From the NCBI GenBank assembly GCA_012439925.1, contig GCA_012439925.1_4519.1: a DNA stretch of 64,000 nucleotides; one strand, 5' to 3'. Below the pieces are notes generated by a model. The model was not told the DNA's origin. It searched no databases and saw only the letters and a list, made by a program, of their open reading frames with translations. The position numbers and the translations under genes were made by a program. Position 1 is the first letter of the stretch. Every line of letters begins with the position of its first letter. The stretch comes from a phage. Below are positions 35,817-44,734 of this stretch, in pieces.

Positions 35817-35837
35817 CCTTCATAACGAGGAGACAAC

Positions 35838-37655
35838 ATGATTAAAAATGAAATTAAGGTATTGTCAGATGTAGAACATATTAAGAAACGTAGTGGTATG
35901 TATATTGGTTCTTCTGCTAAAGAAGCCCACGAGCGTTTTTTGTTTGGTAAATATCAACAAGTTGAATATGTTCCTGGTCTGGTTAAATTAATCGATGAGA
36001 TTATTGACAACTCGGTTGATGAAGCTATTCGTACATCATTTAAGTTTGCAAATAAAATTGATGTGCAAATTAAAAATAATCAAGTTTCGGTGGAAGATAA
36101 CGGACGTGGTATTCCTCAAGGTTTAGTTACCGACCAAACAGGTGAACAAATTCCTGGGCCTGTAGCAGCCTGGACTATTCCAAAGGCCGGTGGTAACTTT
36201 GGCGATGACTCTGAACGCAAGACTGGTGGTATGAACGGCGTCGGGAGTAGTTTAACTAATATCTTCTCCACGTTGTTTACAGGCATCACGTCAGATGGTG
36301 AAAATGAAATCACTGTTAACTGTTCAAACGGAATGGAAAACAAATCATGGTCTTCTAAGAAATCTAAAGGTAAAGGCACTAAAGTAATCTTCACTCCTGA
36401 TTTCACTTCATTTGAAGAGCATAATTTATCTCAAATTTATTTAGATATTACTTTAGACCGACTTCAAACATTGGCAGTCGTTTATCCTGATATCAAGTTC
36501 ACATTTAATGGTAAAAAGGTTGATGGTAATTTTAAACGATTTGCTAAACAATTTGGTGAAGATAACATCATTCAAGAAAATGATAAAGTCTCTATAGCAT
36601 TCACAACATCACCAGATGGCTTCCGTCATTTAACTTATGTGAATAACATCCATACTAAAAATGGTGGTCATCATGTTGAATGTGTAATGGATGATATCTG
36701 CGAACATCTTTTGCCCGGTATTAAAAAGAAATATAAGGGTATTGAAGTCACTAAAGCTCGTGTTAAAGAATGTCTCACAATGTTGATGTTTATTAGAGAC
36801 ATGAGCAACATGCGTTTTGATTCTCAGACTAAAGAACGTTTAACGTCAACGTATGGTGATATTCGTAATCATATCCAATTAGATGCTAAGAAAATTGCTC
36901 AGGCGCTTCTTAAAAACGAAGCCTTGATTATGCCTATTGTTGAAGCAGCATTAGCTCGTAAATTGGCGGCAGAAAAGGCTGCAGAAACTAAAGCAGCTAA
37001 AAAGGCAACTAAAGCTAAGGTTCATAAGCATATTAAAGCTAACCAATGTGGTAAAGATGCAGATACGACATTGTTCTTAACAGAAGGTGATTCGGCAATT
37101 GGATATCTCATTGATGTTCGTGACCGTGAACTACACGGTGGATTCCCATTACGTGGTAAGGTGATGAATAGCTGGGGTATGTCATATGCTGATATGATGA
37201 AGAACAAAGAGCTCTTTGATATCTGTGCTATCACAGGTCTTATTCTTGGTGAAAAGGCAGAGAATACGAACTATCGTAATATTGCAATTATGACTGATGC
37301 CGATCATGACGGCCTTGGAAGTATTTATCCTGCTTTGCTTGCTTTCTTTAGTAATTGGCCTGAATTGTTTGAACAAGGACGTATTCGCTTTGTTAAAACA
37401 CCTGTAATTATTGCACAAATTGGCAAAACTCAAAAATGGTTTTATACTGTAGCTGAGTATGAAGAAGTTAAAGATACGCTGCCTAAGCATAGTATTCGAT
37501 ACATCAAGGGATTAGGCTCCCTTGAAAAGTCAGAGTATCGTGAAATGATTCAGAACCCTGTGTACGACGTAGTTAAACTTCCTGAAAATTGGAAAGAACT
37601 CTTTGAAATGTTGTTGGGTGATGATTCAGAACTTCGTAAAGAATGGATGTCCTAA
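35838..37655 (+). CDS. 39: Topoisomerase II large subunit gp39 (39+60 fused, GyrB-like)
   Basis: GHKL ATPase motif (EDNGRGIP) and toprim (EGDSA, DADHDG); a single 605-aa ORF, so no separate gene 60. Confidence 0.9.
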   Translation: MIKNEIKVLSDVEHIKKRSGMYIGSSAKEAHERFLFGKYQQVEYVPGLVKLIDEIIDNSVDEAIRTSFKFANKIDVQIKNNQVSVEDNGRGIPQGLVTDQTGEQIPGPVAAWTIPKAGGNFGDDSERKTGGMNGVGSSLTNIFSTLFTGITSDGENEITVNCSNGMENKSWSSKKSKGKGTKVIFTPDFTSFEEHNLSQIYLDITLDRLQTLAVVYPDIKFTFNGKKVDGNFKRFAKQFGEDNIIQENDKVSIAFTTSPDGFRHLTYVNNIHTKNGGHHVECVMDDICEHLLPGIKKKYKGIEVTKARVKECLTMLMFIRDMSNMRFDSQTKERLTSTYGDIRNHIQLDAKKIAQALLKNEALIMPIVEAALARKLAAEKAAETKAAKKATKAKVHKHIKANQCGKDADTTLFLTEGDSAIGYLIDVRDRELHGGFPLRGKVMNSWGMSYADMMKNKELFDICAITGLILGEKAENTNYRNIAIMTDADHDGLGSIYPALLAFFSNWPELFEQGRIRFVKTPVIIAQIGKTQKWFYTVAEYEEVKDTLPKHSIRYIKGLGSLEKSEYREMIQNPVYDVVKLPENWKELFEMLLGDDSELRKEWMS

Positions 37656-37697
37656 GCTCCTTAGGGAGCTTCATTTTAATTTTAATAAGGCTTAATT

Positions 37698-38798
37698 ATG
37701 AAAGTTATGTTTATCCCATCTCGCGCAGTCCCATTTAACCCAGAACGTGTACAAGGTGGTCTTGAAGCAGTACATTTAAATGTGTTGAAATATCTTGTGT
37801 CCATCGGTGCTGATATTGATTATATCGGCTTTGATAATGACACATTTGGTGATTGGAAGGTTAATCATCATCCTGTTGGTCATCTGACTAAATTCAGTCT
37901 AGGTATGAGTTATACTATGGCTCGTAAGATTGTTGAACTAGCCGGCATTAATGAGTACGATTTCGTTGTTACAATGGAACCGACCAAACTAACCGTTCAG
38001 GCAATTAAAGACGCAGGTCTTTCTAAAGTTCATAAGAATTTTATGGCAACACCATTTGAACCAGTATCTCGTGGCATTGTTCAAATTTGGGACCAGACTA
38101 TTCAAATTCATAAGAACGGTGGTAAGAGTTATGCTCCTACTAAAGCCTTCCGTGAATTTGAACGTAAATATTGTTATATGACTTCAGGTCTGACTGACAA
38201 AATTGATTATGATTATTGGCGAGCAAATCCGTTGTTTGAAGCCGAAGATTATCCGGTTATTTGTTTGAATGAGAAACCTGAAGTTCTTCCGGCGACTGAT
38301 CTGATTATTAGTGCACAACGTTATGACACTAAAATGCGTCGTACTGATGTTGCTCTTGAAGCGATTAAAGCACTAGGCGAAAATGGTATTGGTTATTGTC
38401 CTAGTAAATGGGCACCACCGGCTAAGTATCCTGTTATTATTGATGCTCCACACGGTGAAATCATGGAACGTCTTAAAACAGCTAAAGCACTTATCAATAC
38501 GTGTCCTGACACGGGTACGGTAGAGAATAGTTCTATTGAAGCCATCTCTAAAGGTGTCCCTGTAATTCAGTTAGTTTTTAAGGATTATCCTCATGCGACA
38601 TTCGAATACGACCCAGATACTGTGCGTGTAGAAATTGATTCCTCTACTCCTAAGAAAGAAGTAGTTGCGCTTTACACAAAAGCTGTATTAGAATTCACTG
38701 ACACATACGAAGCTCGAGTTAAACGTGCTGAAGCAGTATGGAAGAAGTATAACCGAGATGCAGTTGTTGCGATGTGGGATAAAATCTTCACAGCGTAA
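37698..38798 (+). CDS. GT-B-fold glycosyltransferase (candidate DNA sugar transferase)
   Basis: N-terminal MKVMFIPSRAVPF ... GG.E and C-terminal TGTVENSSIEAISKGVPVIQ resemble GT4-type donor-binding motifs; T4 has no such gene between 39 and rIIA. Confidence 0.6.
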   Translation: MKVMFIPSRAVPFNPERVQGGLEAVHLNVLKYLVSIGADIDYIGFDNDTFGDWKVNHHPVGHLTKFSLGMSYTMARKIVELAGINEYDFVVTMEPTKLTVQAIKDAGLSKVHKNFMATPFEPVSRGIVQIWDQTIQIHKNGGKSYAPTKAFREFERKYCYMTSGLTDKIDYDYWRANPLFEAEDYPVICLNEKPEVLPATDLIISAQRYDTKMRRTDVALEAIKALGENGIGYCPSKWAPPAKYPVIIDAPHGEIMERLKTAKALINTCPDTGTVENSSIEAISKGVPVIQLVFKDYPHATFEYDPDTVRVEIDSSTPKKEVVALYTKAVLEFTDTYEARVKRAEAVWKKYNRDAVVAMWDKIFTA

Positions 38799-38814
38799 AT
38801 CCTGAATAGCCTGA

Positions 38815-38865
38815 GGCACTATTACACATAAGATGATAGATTATATGGTCTTTAGTAATAGTGCC
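38815..38865 (+). other. 11-bp perfect inverted repeat GGCACTATTAC / GTAATAGTGCC with a 29-nt spacer
   Basis: Seen directly; lies between the glycosyltransferase stop and rIIA.1. Confidence 0.5.
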
Positions 38866-38890
38866 CTAGGAATCTACTGAAGAGAATATT

Positions 38891-39091
38891 ATGAGAACAT
38901 ATAACGTGGACTTGGAACTTTTTGATAAAGCAGTGCTCCGGGAATTCCGGCTTATCCAAAGATTTTTTGATATCGAGTCAGCAGAGTCCTTTAAAGAACG
39001 CTTTAAAGAAATTCGATATAAAATACAAACCGATACAGCTACTAAAGAAGAACTTCTTGAAGTAGCAGAAATTTTTAAACGTAACTTGTGA
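38891..39091 (+). CDS. rIIA.1-like small protein
   Basis: 66-aa ORF immediately upstream of rIIA, as in T4. Confidence 0.5.
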   Translation: MRTYNVDLELFDKAVLREFRLIQRFFDIESAESFKERFKEIRYKIQTDTATKEELLEVAEIFKRNL

Positions 39092-39103
39092 TGAGAGAAA
39101 AAT

Positions 39104-41317
39104 ATGATTATTGAAACGGCTAAAGAAACGATTATTGGTTCAGGCGGTAAGAGCACAGCATTCACTATTCAAGGCAATAGCAAAGTTTATAAGATTTTGT
39201 CTAATGACCTTTATACAAACAAAGAATTGGCTTGTGTACGTGAATTAATTACAAACTGTATCGATGGGCAAATTCTTAATGGTTGCACTGATAAGTTTAT
39301 TGTTCAGGCTCCAGGTCGTTTAGACCCACGCTTTGTAGTTCGAGACTTTGGTCCTGGTATGAGCGATTTCACCATTAGAGGTAATGACGAAGAGCCAGGA
39401 ATCTATAACTCATATTTTGCTTCAACTAAAACATCGAGTAACGATTTCATCGGTGGATTCGGACTCGGCTCTAAAGCTCCGCTAGCATATACCGATACGT
39501 TTAACCTTACGTCTTATCACAACGGCGAAGTTCGTGGTTACGTAATCTACCAAGATGACACGGGTCCACAAATTAAGCCGACCTTTGTAGATAAGATGGG
39601 TCCTGATGACCGTACTGGTGTAGAAGTAGTTGTACCGGTTAACCCGGAAGATTTTGAAAAGTTCGCATCCGAAATTGCATATGTTATGCGTCCTCTAGGT
39701 GATATTGCAGAAGTTCGTGGTGTTAAAGATATTAAATACTTCCCTGAATTTGACGATGTATATTTGGCCAAGGAAGCTCCATGGGGTGAACGTGGTAATA
39801 TCATGGCTGTTTATGGCGGTATTGTATATCCAATCGGAAGTGTTATTAAAGAACAAACATGGATGATGACACGATGCACTACAGCTTATATTAAATTCCC
39901 TATGGGTGAACTAGATGTAGCCCCGTCTCGTGAAGCATTGTCATTTGACAAACGTACAGTAGCAAATATCCATAAACGCGTTGCAGAAATCGATGCTAAA
40001 TTGTTCGCTGAAGATTCTAAGAAATGGATTGATTGTAAATACCCACGTCATGTGTTCCGTGAAATTGATTCTCTTGGCTATACCGCTCGTAAATACATGG
40101 AAAAGGCCGGGTCTAATATTGAATCACTGAAATACTCTAAAGAACAACTAACTTATTCTGAGTTGTACAAACGTTTTAAAATGGGGCCTGAGTGGTGTAA
40201 TCTTGGCGTCGTATACGATATCGTTGAATCCCCTCGTCTTCGTCGTATTCGTGAAAGTGGTAGCTCATCATCAACTATTTCAATTAACAGCCTGATTGGC
40301 ATTAACATTAAAAACGTTGAAATTGTTATTGACGACGTTAAGGGACGCGTTCCATTAATGCGAGCTCTTAATTCAATTGAAATGTCTAAAGACGAGGTTA
40401 AATTAACCGGTAAAGTTCCACGCGGTTTTGGTAAAAGTGTACTATTCGTTGACCCTACAGACGAAGATGCAATGAAACTTCTGGAACGCCTTAAAGTTAT
40501 CTTTGATGGCGACAACATTAACATGTACAAGACTTCAGAGCTTTTACAAATCGTTAAGCCATGGATTGAAGTCAGGAAACGGACTAATGAGCCTCGTCCT
40601 AAATCGCCAAGTGCTCATCGATTCTTTAAGAATGAAAACGATGTTTGGGTATCAGAAGACCTCTTTATTCCGGCAAGTGAAGCAGATGAAATCCAAGGTT
40701 ATGCTATAGTTCGTAATCGTTCTAATGCTGAATGTCTTGACGCAGATAAAGGTTGGTTGAACTATGACTCCAATTTCTTGACCCGTATTGCTGATTTGTC
40801 AGGTATTAAAGAGTTCACTGTAGTTCGTCCACAGATTGCTAAGAAAGTTCGTAAACTTGGTGAAGTAGAATGCTTGTTCGAAAAATCAATTAATGACTAT
40901 ATTACGCTAATCGATAAAGTGGATTATGATGAGTATGTATCACCAAGTCGTAGAGCACAGCCTTATTTGAATCATATTACTCGTAATGAAGAGCTTAACT
41001 TCCTTAGTAAGTATTTTAGCTCTAAAAACAAAGAAATCAGTAAAGATTTTGCAAAACTCTCAACAGTAAATAATCGTTGGGGATGGAATCGATTCTCAGG
41101 TGCTACTAACAGAGAACTGAATAAAAAGTTAGAATTGTGTGCTAAAATTTTCGATAAGCTTAAAGATAATGCTTACGATAATGATGATAAAATGGTTATT
41201 GAATTCGAAACCAATTATCATATTGTGTCAGACTACATGGGACGACGTGGTACTCTTTCTAAAGAACAGGTCGCTCAAATTGTTAAATTCATGAAGGCCG
41301 TGGAAGCGGCCAAATAA
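39104..41317 (+). CDS. rIIA: rIIA protein
   Basis: N-terminus MIIETAKETIIGSGGKSTAFT ... LITNCIDG ... DFGPGMSDF (GHKL-like) matches remembered T4 rIIA; 737 aa. Confidence 0.9.
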   Translation: MIIETAKETIIGSGGKSTAFTIQGNSKVYKILSNDLYTNKELACVRELITNCIDGQILNGCTDKFIVQAPGRLDPRFVVRDFGPGMSDFTIRGNDEEPGIYNSYFASTKTSSNDFIGGFGLGSKAPLAYTDTFNLTSYHNGEVRGYVIYQDDTGPQIKPTFVDKMGPDDRTGVEVVVPVNPEDFEKFASEIAYVMRPLGDIAEVRGVKDIKYFPEFDDVYLAKEAPWGERGNIMAVYGGIVYPIGSVIKEQTWMMTRCTTAYIKFPMGELDVAPSREALSFDKRTVANIHKRVAEIDAKLFAEDSKKWIDCKYPRHVFREIDSLGYTARKYMEKAGSNIESLKYSKEQLTYSELYKRFKMGPEWCNLGVVYDIVESPRLRRIRESGSSSSTISINSLIGINIKNVEIVIDDVKGRVPLMRALNSIEMSKDEVKLTGKVPRGFGKSVLFVDPTDEDAMKLLERLKVIFDGDNINMYKTSELLQIVKPWIEVRKRTNEPRPKSPSAHRFFKNENDVWVSEDLFIPASEADEIQGYAIVRNRSNAECLDADKGWLNYDSNFLTRIADLSGIKEFTVVRPQIAKKVRKLGEVECLFEKSINDYITLIDKVDYDEYVSPSRRAQPYLNHITRNEELNFLSKYFSSKNKEISKDFAKLSTVNNRWGWNRFSGATNRELNKKLELCAKIFDKLKDNAYDNDDKMVIEFETNYHIVSDYMGRRGTLSKEQVAQIVKFMKAVEAAK

Positions 41318-41326
41318 GGAAACATT

Positions 41327-42262
41327 ATGTACAATATCAAATGCTTGTCCCAAGAAGAACAGTTAGAAGCTTACGGACTGGTTAAATCAGGCCAATGGAC
41401 TCGTCAGGAAATTGCTGATTACTTCAATATTTCCACCGACACTCTTCGTAAGATTGTTAAGAATTTTAAAGCTGAAGAGAAAGCCGCTGAATTTGAAGAC
41501 GAAGAACAGGTCCCAGAAAATAATGAACCTATTATTACAGGTCATCGTCCAGAAATCGTATGGAACGCGTCATCTAAATTTATTTCAATCATTGAAGGAC
41601 GCGTAGCATACAATGCGACCCCATCAAGTCATGCAAATTTTGAAGAAATTAAAGCTAATCTGGTCGCAGGAAACCTTAGTAAAGCTGTCGAACTTATTAA
41701 CATCAAGAAAGCTATTACTAAGTTTGTTGACGGTAATGTTACTATTGAAGGTGGTAGTTTATTTTATCAAGGTATAGAAATTCGTTCAGGACTGGTTAAT
41801 CGTATTATTGATTCCATGGAAAAAGGCGAAGACTTTAAATTCTATCTGCCGTTCCTTGAAAACCTGTTAGAAAACCCAAGCGAAAAAGCTGTACAACGTT
41901 TATTCGACTTCTTGGTTGCAAACGATATTGAAATCACTGAAGATGGGTATTTCTATGCGTGGAAAGTAGTTCGTAAAGACTATTTAGACTGCTATAGTGG
42001 TACATTTGATAACTCCCCAGGTAAAGTTGTTTCAATGCCTCGCACTCGAGTTAACGACGATGATACTCAAACCTGTTCTCGCGGTCTCCACGTTTGTGCT
42101 AAATCTTATATTCGCCACTTTGGTTCAAGCTCAGATAAAGTTGTTAAGGTTAAAGTTCATCCACGTGATGTTGTATCCATCCCAGTTGACTATGGTGATG
42201 CTAAGATGCGTACTTGTCGTTATGAAGTAATTTCAGACGTTACTGAATTATTTGCAGAATAA
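41327..42262 (+). CDS. rIIB: rIIB protein
   Basis: MYNIKCL ... CSRGLHVC ... KVKVHPRDVVSIPVDY matches remembered T4 rIIB; 311 aa. Confidence 0.9.
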   Translation: MYNIKCLSQEEQLEAYGLVKSGQWTRQEIADYFNISTDTLRKIVKNFKAEEKAAEFEDEEQVPENNEPIITGHRPEIVWNASSKFISIIEGRVAYNATPSSHANFEEIKANLVAGNLSKAVELINIKKAITKFVDGNVTIEGGSLFYQGIEIRSGLVNRIIDSMEKGEDFKFYLPFLENLLENPSEKAVQRLFDFLVANDIEITEDGYFYAWKVVRKDYLDCYSGTFDNSPGKVVSMPRTRVNDDDTQTCSRGLHVCAKSYIRHFGSSSDKVVKVKVHPRDVVSIPVDYGDAKMRTCRYEVISDVTELFAE

Positions 42263-42267
42263 TAATT

Positions 42268-42289
42268 GGGGACTTCGGTCCCCTTTTTC
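42268..42289 (+). terminator. Terminator GGGGAC-TTCG-GTCCCC + T5
   Basis: Perfect hairpin followed by TTTTT. Confidence 0.7.
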
Positions 42290-42302
42290 TTTAGGGGTAA
42301 TT

Positions 42303-42590
42303 ATGATTCATCCATTTGACGTATCAGAATCCAAAATTGCTAATCTTCGTGGTCATCATAAGTGTAAATCAGTTTATTGTGCTAAATTGGTAAAACATCC
42401 TGGTGATGCACACTACGGCTGGTTAGAATGCGACGAAGTTGTTATTGAAATCCCACCGGTAGATGCTAACTATCTTGAAGAAGGAGACCGCATTTATTTT
42501 GGCGAACTACACATCAGAGGTATCTATGGTAAAGACGAACTTGGGACTGTTGAGACTGAAGAATCTTCCGACATTTATCCTGTCGAATGA
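42303..42590 (+). CDS. Hypothetical protein
   Basis: ATG after the terminator (the ORF-track start at 42252 is TTG and overlaps the terminator). Confidence 0.45.
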   Translation: MIHPFDVSESKIANLRGHHKCKSVYCAKLVKHPGDAHYGWLECDEVVIEIPPVDANYLEEGDRIYFGELHIRGIYGKDELGTVETEESSDIYPVE

Positions 42591-42606
42591 GTTTTTGACT
42601 AGTGAA

Positions 42607-43083
42607 ATGAAAGTGAAGATTGCTGACACCGCTCGGTATTCCCTGAGCCAAAATCCAGACCAAAACAAAGAAGATGTAGTTCGACGTTGTAAGGTTGCAG
42701 TCTTTGCAGAGTATGTAGTAGCAAATTGGCTAGACGGATATGTTAATAAAGGTATTGAAGATGTAGAAGACCCGTACACGTATGCATGGGACGTGTTAGC
42801 CCATCCCAAATATTGTGGAATTCGTGTAGAAGTCAAGACACATCAGATGGATTCTAAATGGATTTCTGTTACCACAGGATACAGTGGTGATTATCCGGGT
42901 GGCAACGGAATCAACATAGGGCCCTTCCTTAATCATCGAGTCGCTGACTGTATTATTATATTGAATGTCAAAGAAACCTCACCTGACGTCTTCTCTTATT
43001 CTATAAAGTTCGTGGGAGACCATGAAGACCTAAAGAAAATCGTCCGCAAGAGCAACTACAACGGGTGGTATCTTCATCTTTAA
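42607..43083 (+). CDS. Hypothetical protein (position of denB in T4; unverified)
   Basis: First ATG downstream of the previous stop within the 42463 ORF. Confidence 0.4.
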   Translation: MKVKIADTARYSLSQNPDQNKEDVVRRCKVAVFAEYVVANWLDGYVNKGIEDVEDPYTYAWDVLAHPKYCGIRVEVKTHQMDSKWISVTTGYSGDYPGGNGINIGPFLNHRVADCIIILNVKETSPDVFSYSIKFVGDHEDLKKIVRKSNYNGWYLHL

Positions 43084-43095
43084 TTTCATAAAAGT

Positions 43096-43134
43096 GTTTA
43101 CAACTAAGTAGGACTATGATATAGTAGTCCTATC
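43096..43134 (+). promoter_or_regulatory. Early promoter cassette (PeSL-like)
   Basis: GTTTACA, 17 nt, TGaTATAGT; inverted repeat AGGACTA/TAGTCCT straddles the -10. Confidence 0.55.
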
Positions 43135-43151
43135 TAAAAGAGGATAACATC

Positions 43152-43415
43152 ATGAAATTTAAATTTTTCTACGCAAAACATAAAGTAACAGGCGAATTTG
43201 TTTCAATGTACAACACCGCAGATGACGAAGGGATGATTTATACTCATTTAGGTCTATCTCATTGGGACTCAGACGTGCCTTATATGTCATCCGAAGCCGA
43301 AATAACTCGTTTAGTTAATGGACATATGAATGACCATTTTGGTGTTATTCTTTCTAAAGACCTTAAAGAGGTTATCAACAAAGGATATATGGAACTCACG
43401 GAAGTTGAGATATGA
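43152..43415 (+). CDS. Hypothetical protein
   Basis: ATG with AGAGGA SD. Confidence 0.5.
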   Translation: MKFKFFYAKHKVTGEFVSMYNTADDEGMIYTHLGLSHWDSDVPYMSSEAEITRLVNGHMNDHFGVILSKDLKEVINKGYMELTEVEI

Positions 43416-43607
43416 GCTCTAAAATGTGGATAGGAATATGGTTGCTTAGTATCCCAATGATTTGTATAATATTTTCAATTGTGTTGAGGTACTTATGAAA
43501 AATGCACTTCTTATTGTACTAAGAACATTTTGTGATACGGTTTTTTACATTGCATGTTCGTTCACTGGAACATGGTTGGCTTTAACATATTTTAATGTAA
43601 TTTAATT

Positions 43608-43647
43608 GTTTACAACACAATAGGATTATGGTATAGTAGTCCTACTT
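43608..43647 (+). promoter_or_regulatory. Early promoter cassette (PeSL-like)
   Basis: GTTTACA, 17 nt, TGgTATAGT, then AGTCCTACTT. Confidence 0.5.
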
Positions 43648-43666
43648 AAACATGAGGAATACAAAA

Positions 43667-43867
43667 ATGGCTAAGCTTTTTAAAGATGTTGAAATTGGTG
43701 AAAAATTTGTCCTGAATAATGGACAGCAGCTTATTCGTGTAGCTTCTATAGCTGGACAAACTCATAACTGCATCGCCCCAACGTGTTGGACCCGATTCTT
43801 TATCGAGGATGACACTGAATGTTTAACTGTCGAAGAGCTTTTTGAACGTTCTGATATGGCCGAATAA
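43667..43867 (+). CDS. Hypothetical protein
   Basis: ATG after GAGGA. Confidence 0.4.
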   Translation: MAKLFKDVEIGEKFVLNNGQQLIRVASIAGQTHNCIAPTCWTRFFIEDDTECLTVEELFERSDMAE

Positions 43868-43870
43868 AAT

Positions 43871-43906
43871 TGTACAAACTCTTGAGAGCAGAGTATAATG
43901 CTCTCA
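43871..43906 (+). promoter_or_regulatory. Early promoter cassette (PeSL-like)
   Basis: TGTACAA ... TATAAT, with the 7-bp inverted repeat GAGAGCA/TGCTCTC flanking the -10. Confidence 0.5.
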
Positions 43907-43944
43907 TGGATTACAAAAAACATTAATCAATTGAGGAAATTAGC

Positions 43945-44391
43945 ATGTCCAAATATTTAACTCGTAAAGACCTTCTGGCAGTTGGCGGTGAAGTTGTTGC
44001 AGTAGTTCGTAATGGCGAATACGGTTCTGAAGTTTCTAAAGAGTTTCGTTCTCGTGAAGGTTTTTACTTCTTTGTTAAAGGTTCATCTGATTGGCGACAA
44101 GTGGCAGCACGATTCTTTGTAGGACGTCAACGTTCTAAACAAGGGTTGGATGCAATTCTTTCTCACATTCGTCAAGGCCGTTCGCAACTAGCCCGTACCA
44201 TGGGTACTAATAATATTGAATATGACGTAATCTTTGTTTCAGCCAAGAACATGAAACCCCTGACTACTGGTTATGGTAAAGGACAATTGGCTCTAGCGTT
44301 CACTCGCAACCATACATCAGAATATCAAACACTCACTGAAATGAACCGTCTTCTGGCCGATAATTTCAAATTTATTCTGCAGAGTTACTAA
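43945..44391 (+). CDS. ndd: Nucleoid disruption protein Ndd
   Basis: [12 protein letters not shown] ... [30 protein letters not shown] ... [15 protein letters not shown] matches remembered T4 Ndd. Confidence 0.7.
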   Translation: MSKYLTRKDLLAVGGEVVAVVRNGEYGSEVSKEFRSREGFYFFVKGSSDWRQVAARFFVGRQRSKQGLDAILSHIRQGRSQLARTMGTNNIEYDVIFVSAKNMKPLTTGYGKGQLALAFTRNHTSEYQTLTEMNRLLADNFKFILQSY

Positions 44392-44397
44392 TTTATA

Positions 44398-44423
44398 CAG
44401 GCCTAACTTAATAGGCCTTTAAT
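44398..44423 (+). terminator. Hairpin AGGCCT-(8 nt)-AGGCCT + T
   Basis: Self-complementary AGGCCT arms followed by TTTAATTTATTT. Confidence 0.45.
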
Positions 44424-44443
44424 TTATTTGTGAGGTAATTAAA

Positions 44444-44590
44444 ATGGTATCATGGATTATTGCATTGTTGTGTTGGTCGTTTTTATTCGTTAACACTTTA
44501 GTTACAGGCGAAACAACAGTATTTCAACAGGCCGTATCACAAGGCACCTTAGCGGTCTTAGCTCTTTTTAACGTGTTAAAAGGCGAGTAA
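44444..44590 (+). CDS. Small membrane peptide (48 aa)
   Basis: GAGGT SD; MVSWIIALLCWSFLFVNTLV...; below the ORF-track cutoff. Confidence 0.35.
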   Translation: MVSWIIALLCWSFLFVNTLVTGETTVFQQAVSQGTLAVLALFNVLKGE

Positions 44591-44730
44591 TGATTAAGAA
44601 AATCTTAGCAGGAGCCTTCGGGCTCTTGTTGTTGCTTACGGTTCTGTACTATGGTGTGTTGTTTGGACTAATCCAAGTAGTGCTTTTCATTTCAGATGTT
44701 ATAATGGATATTCGTTCATTAATATGGTGA
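44590..44730 (+). CDS. Small membrane peptide (46 aa)
   Basis: TAATG overlap; MIKKILAGAFGLLLLLTVLYYGVLFGLIQVVLF... Confidence 0.35.
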   Translation: MIKKILAGAFGLLLLLTVLYYGVLFGLIQVVLFISDVIMDIRSLIW

Positions 44731-44734
44731 AAAT

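Noticed and set aside
42463-42606. Upstream portion of the 42463 ORF overlapping the 42303..42590 gene
   Set aside because: It overlaps the preceding gene in another frame; the first ATG after the upstream stop (42607) was preferred.
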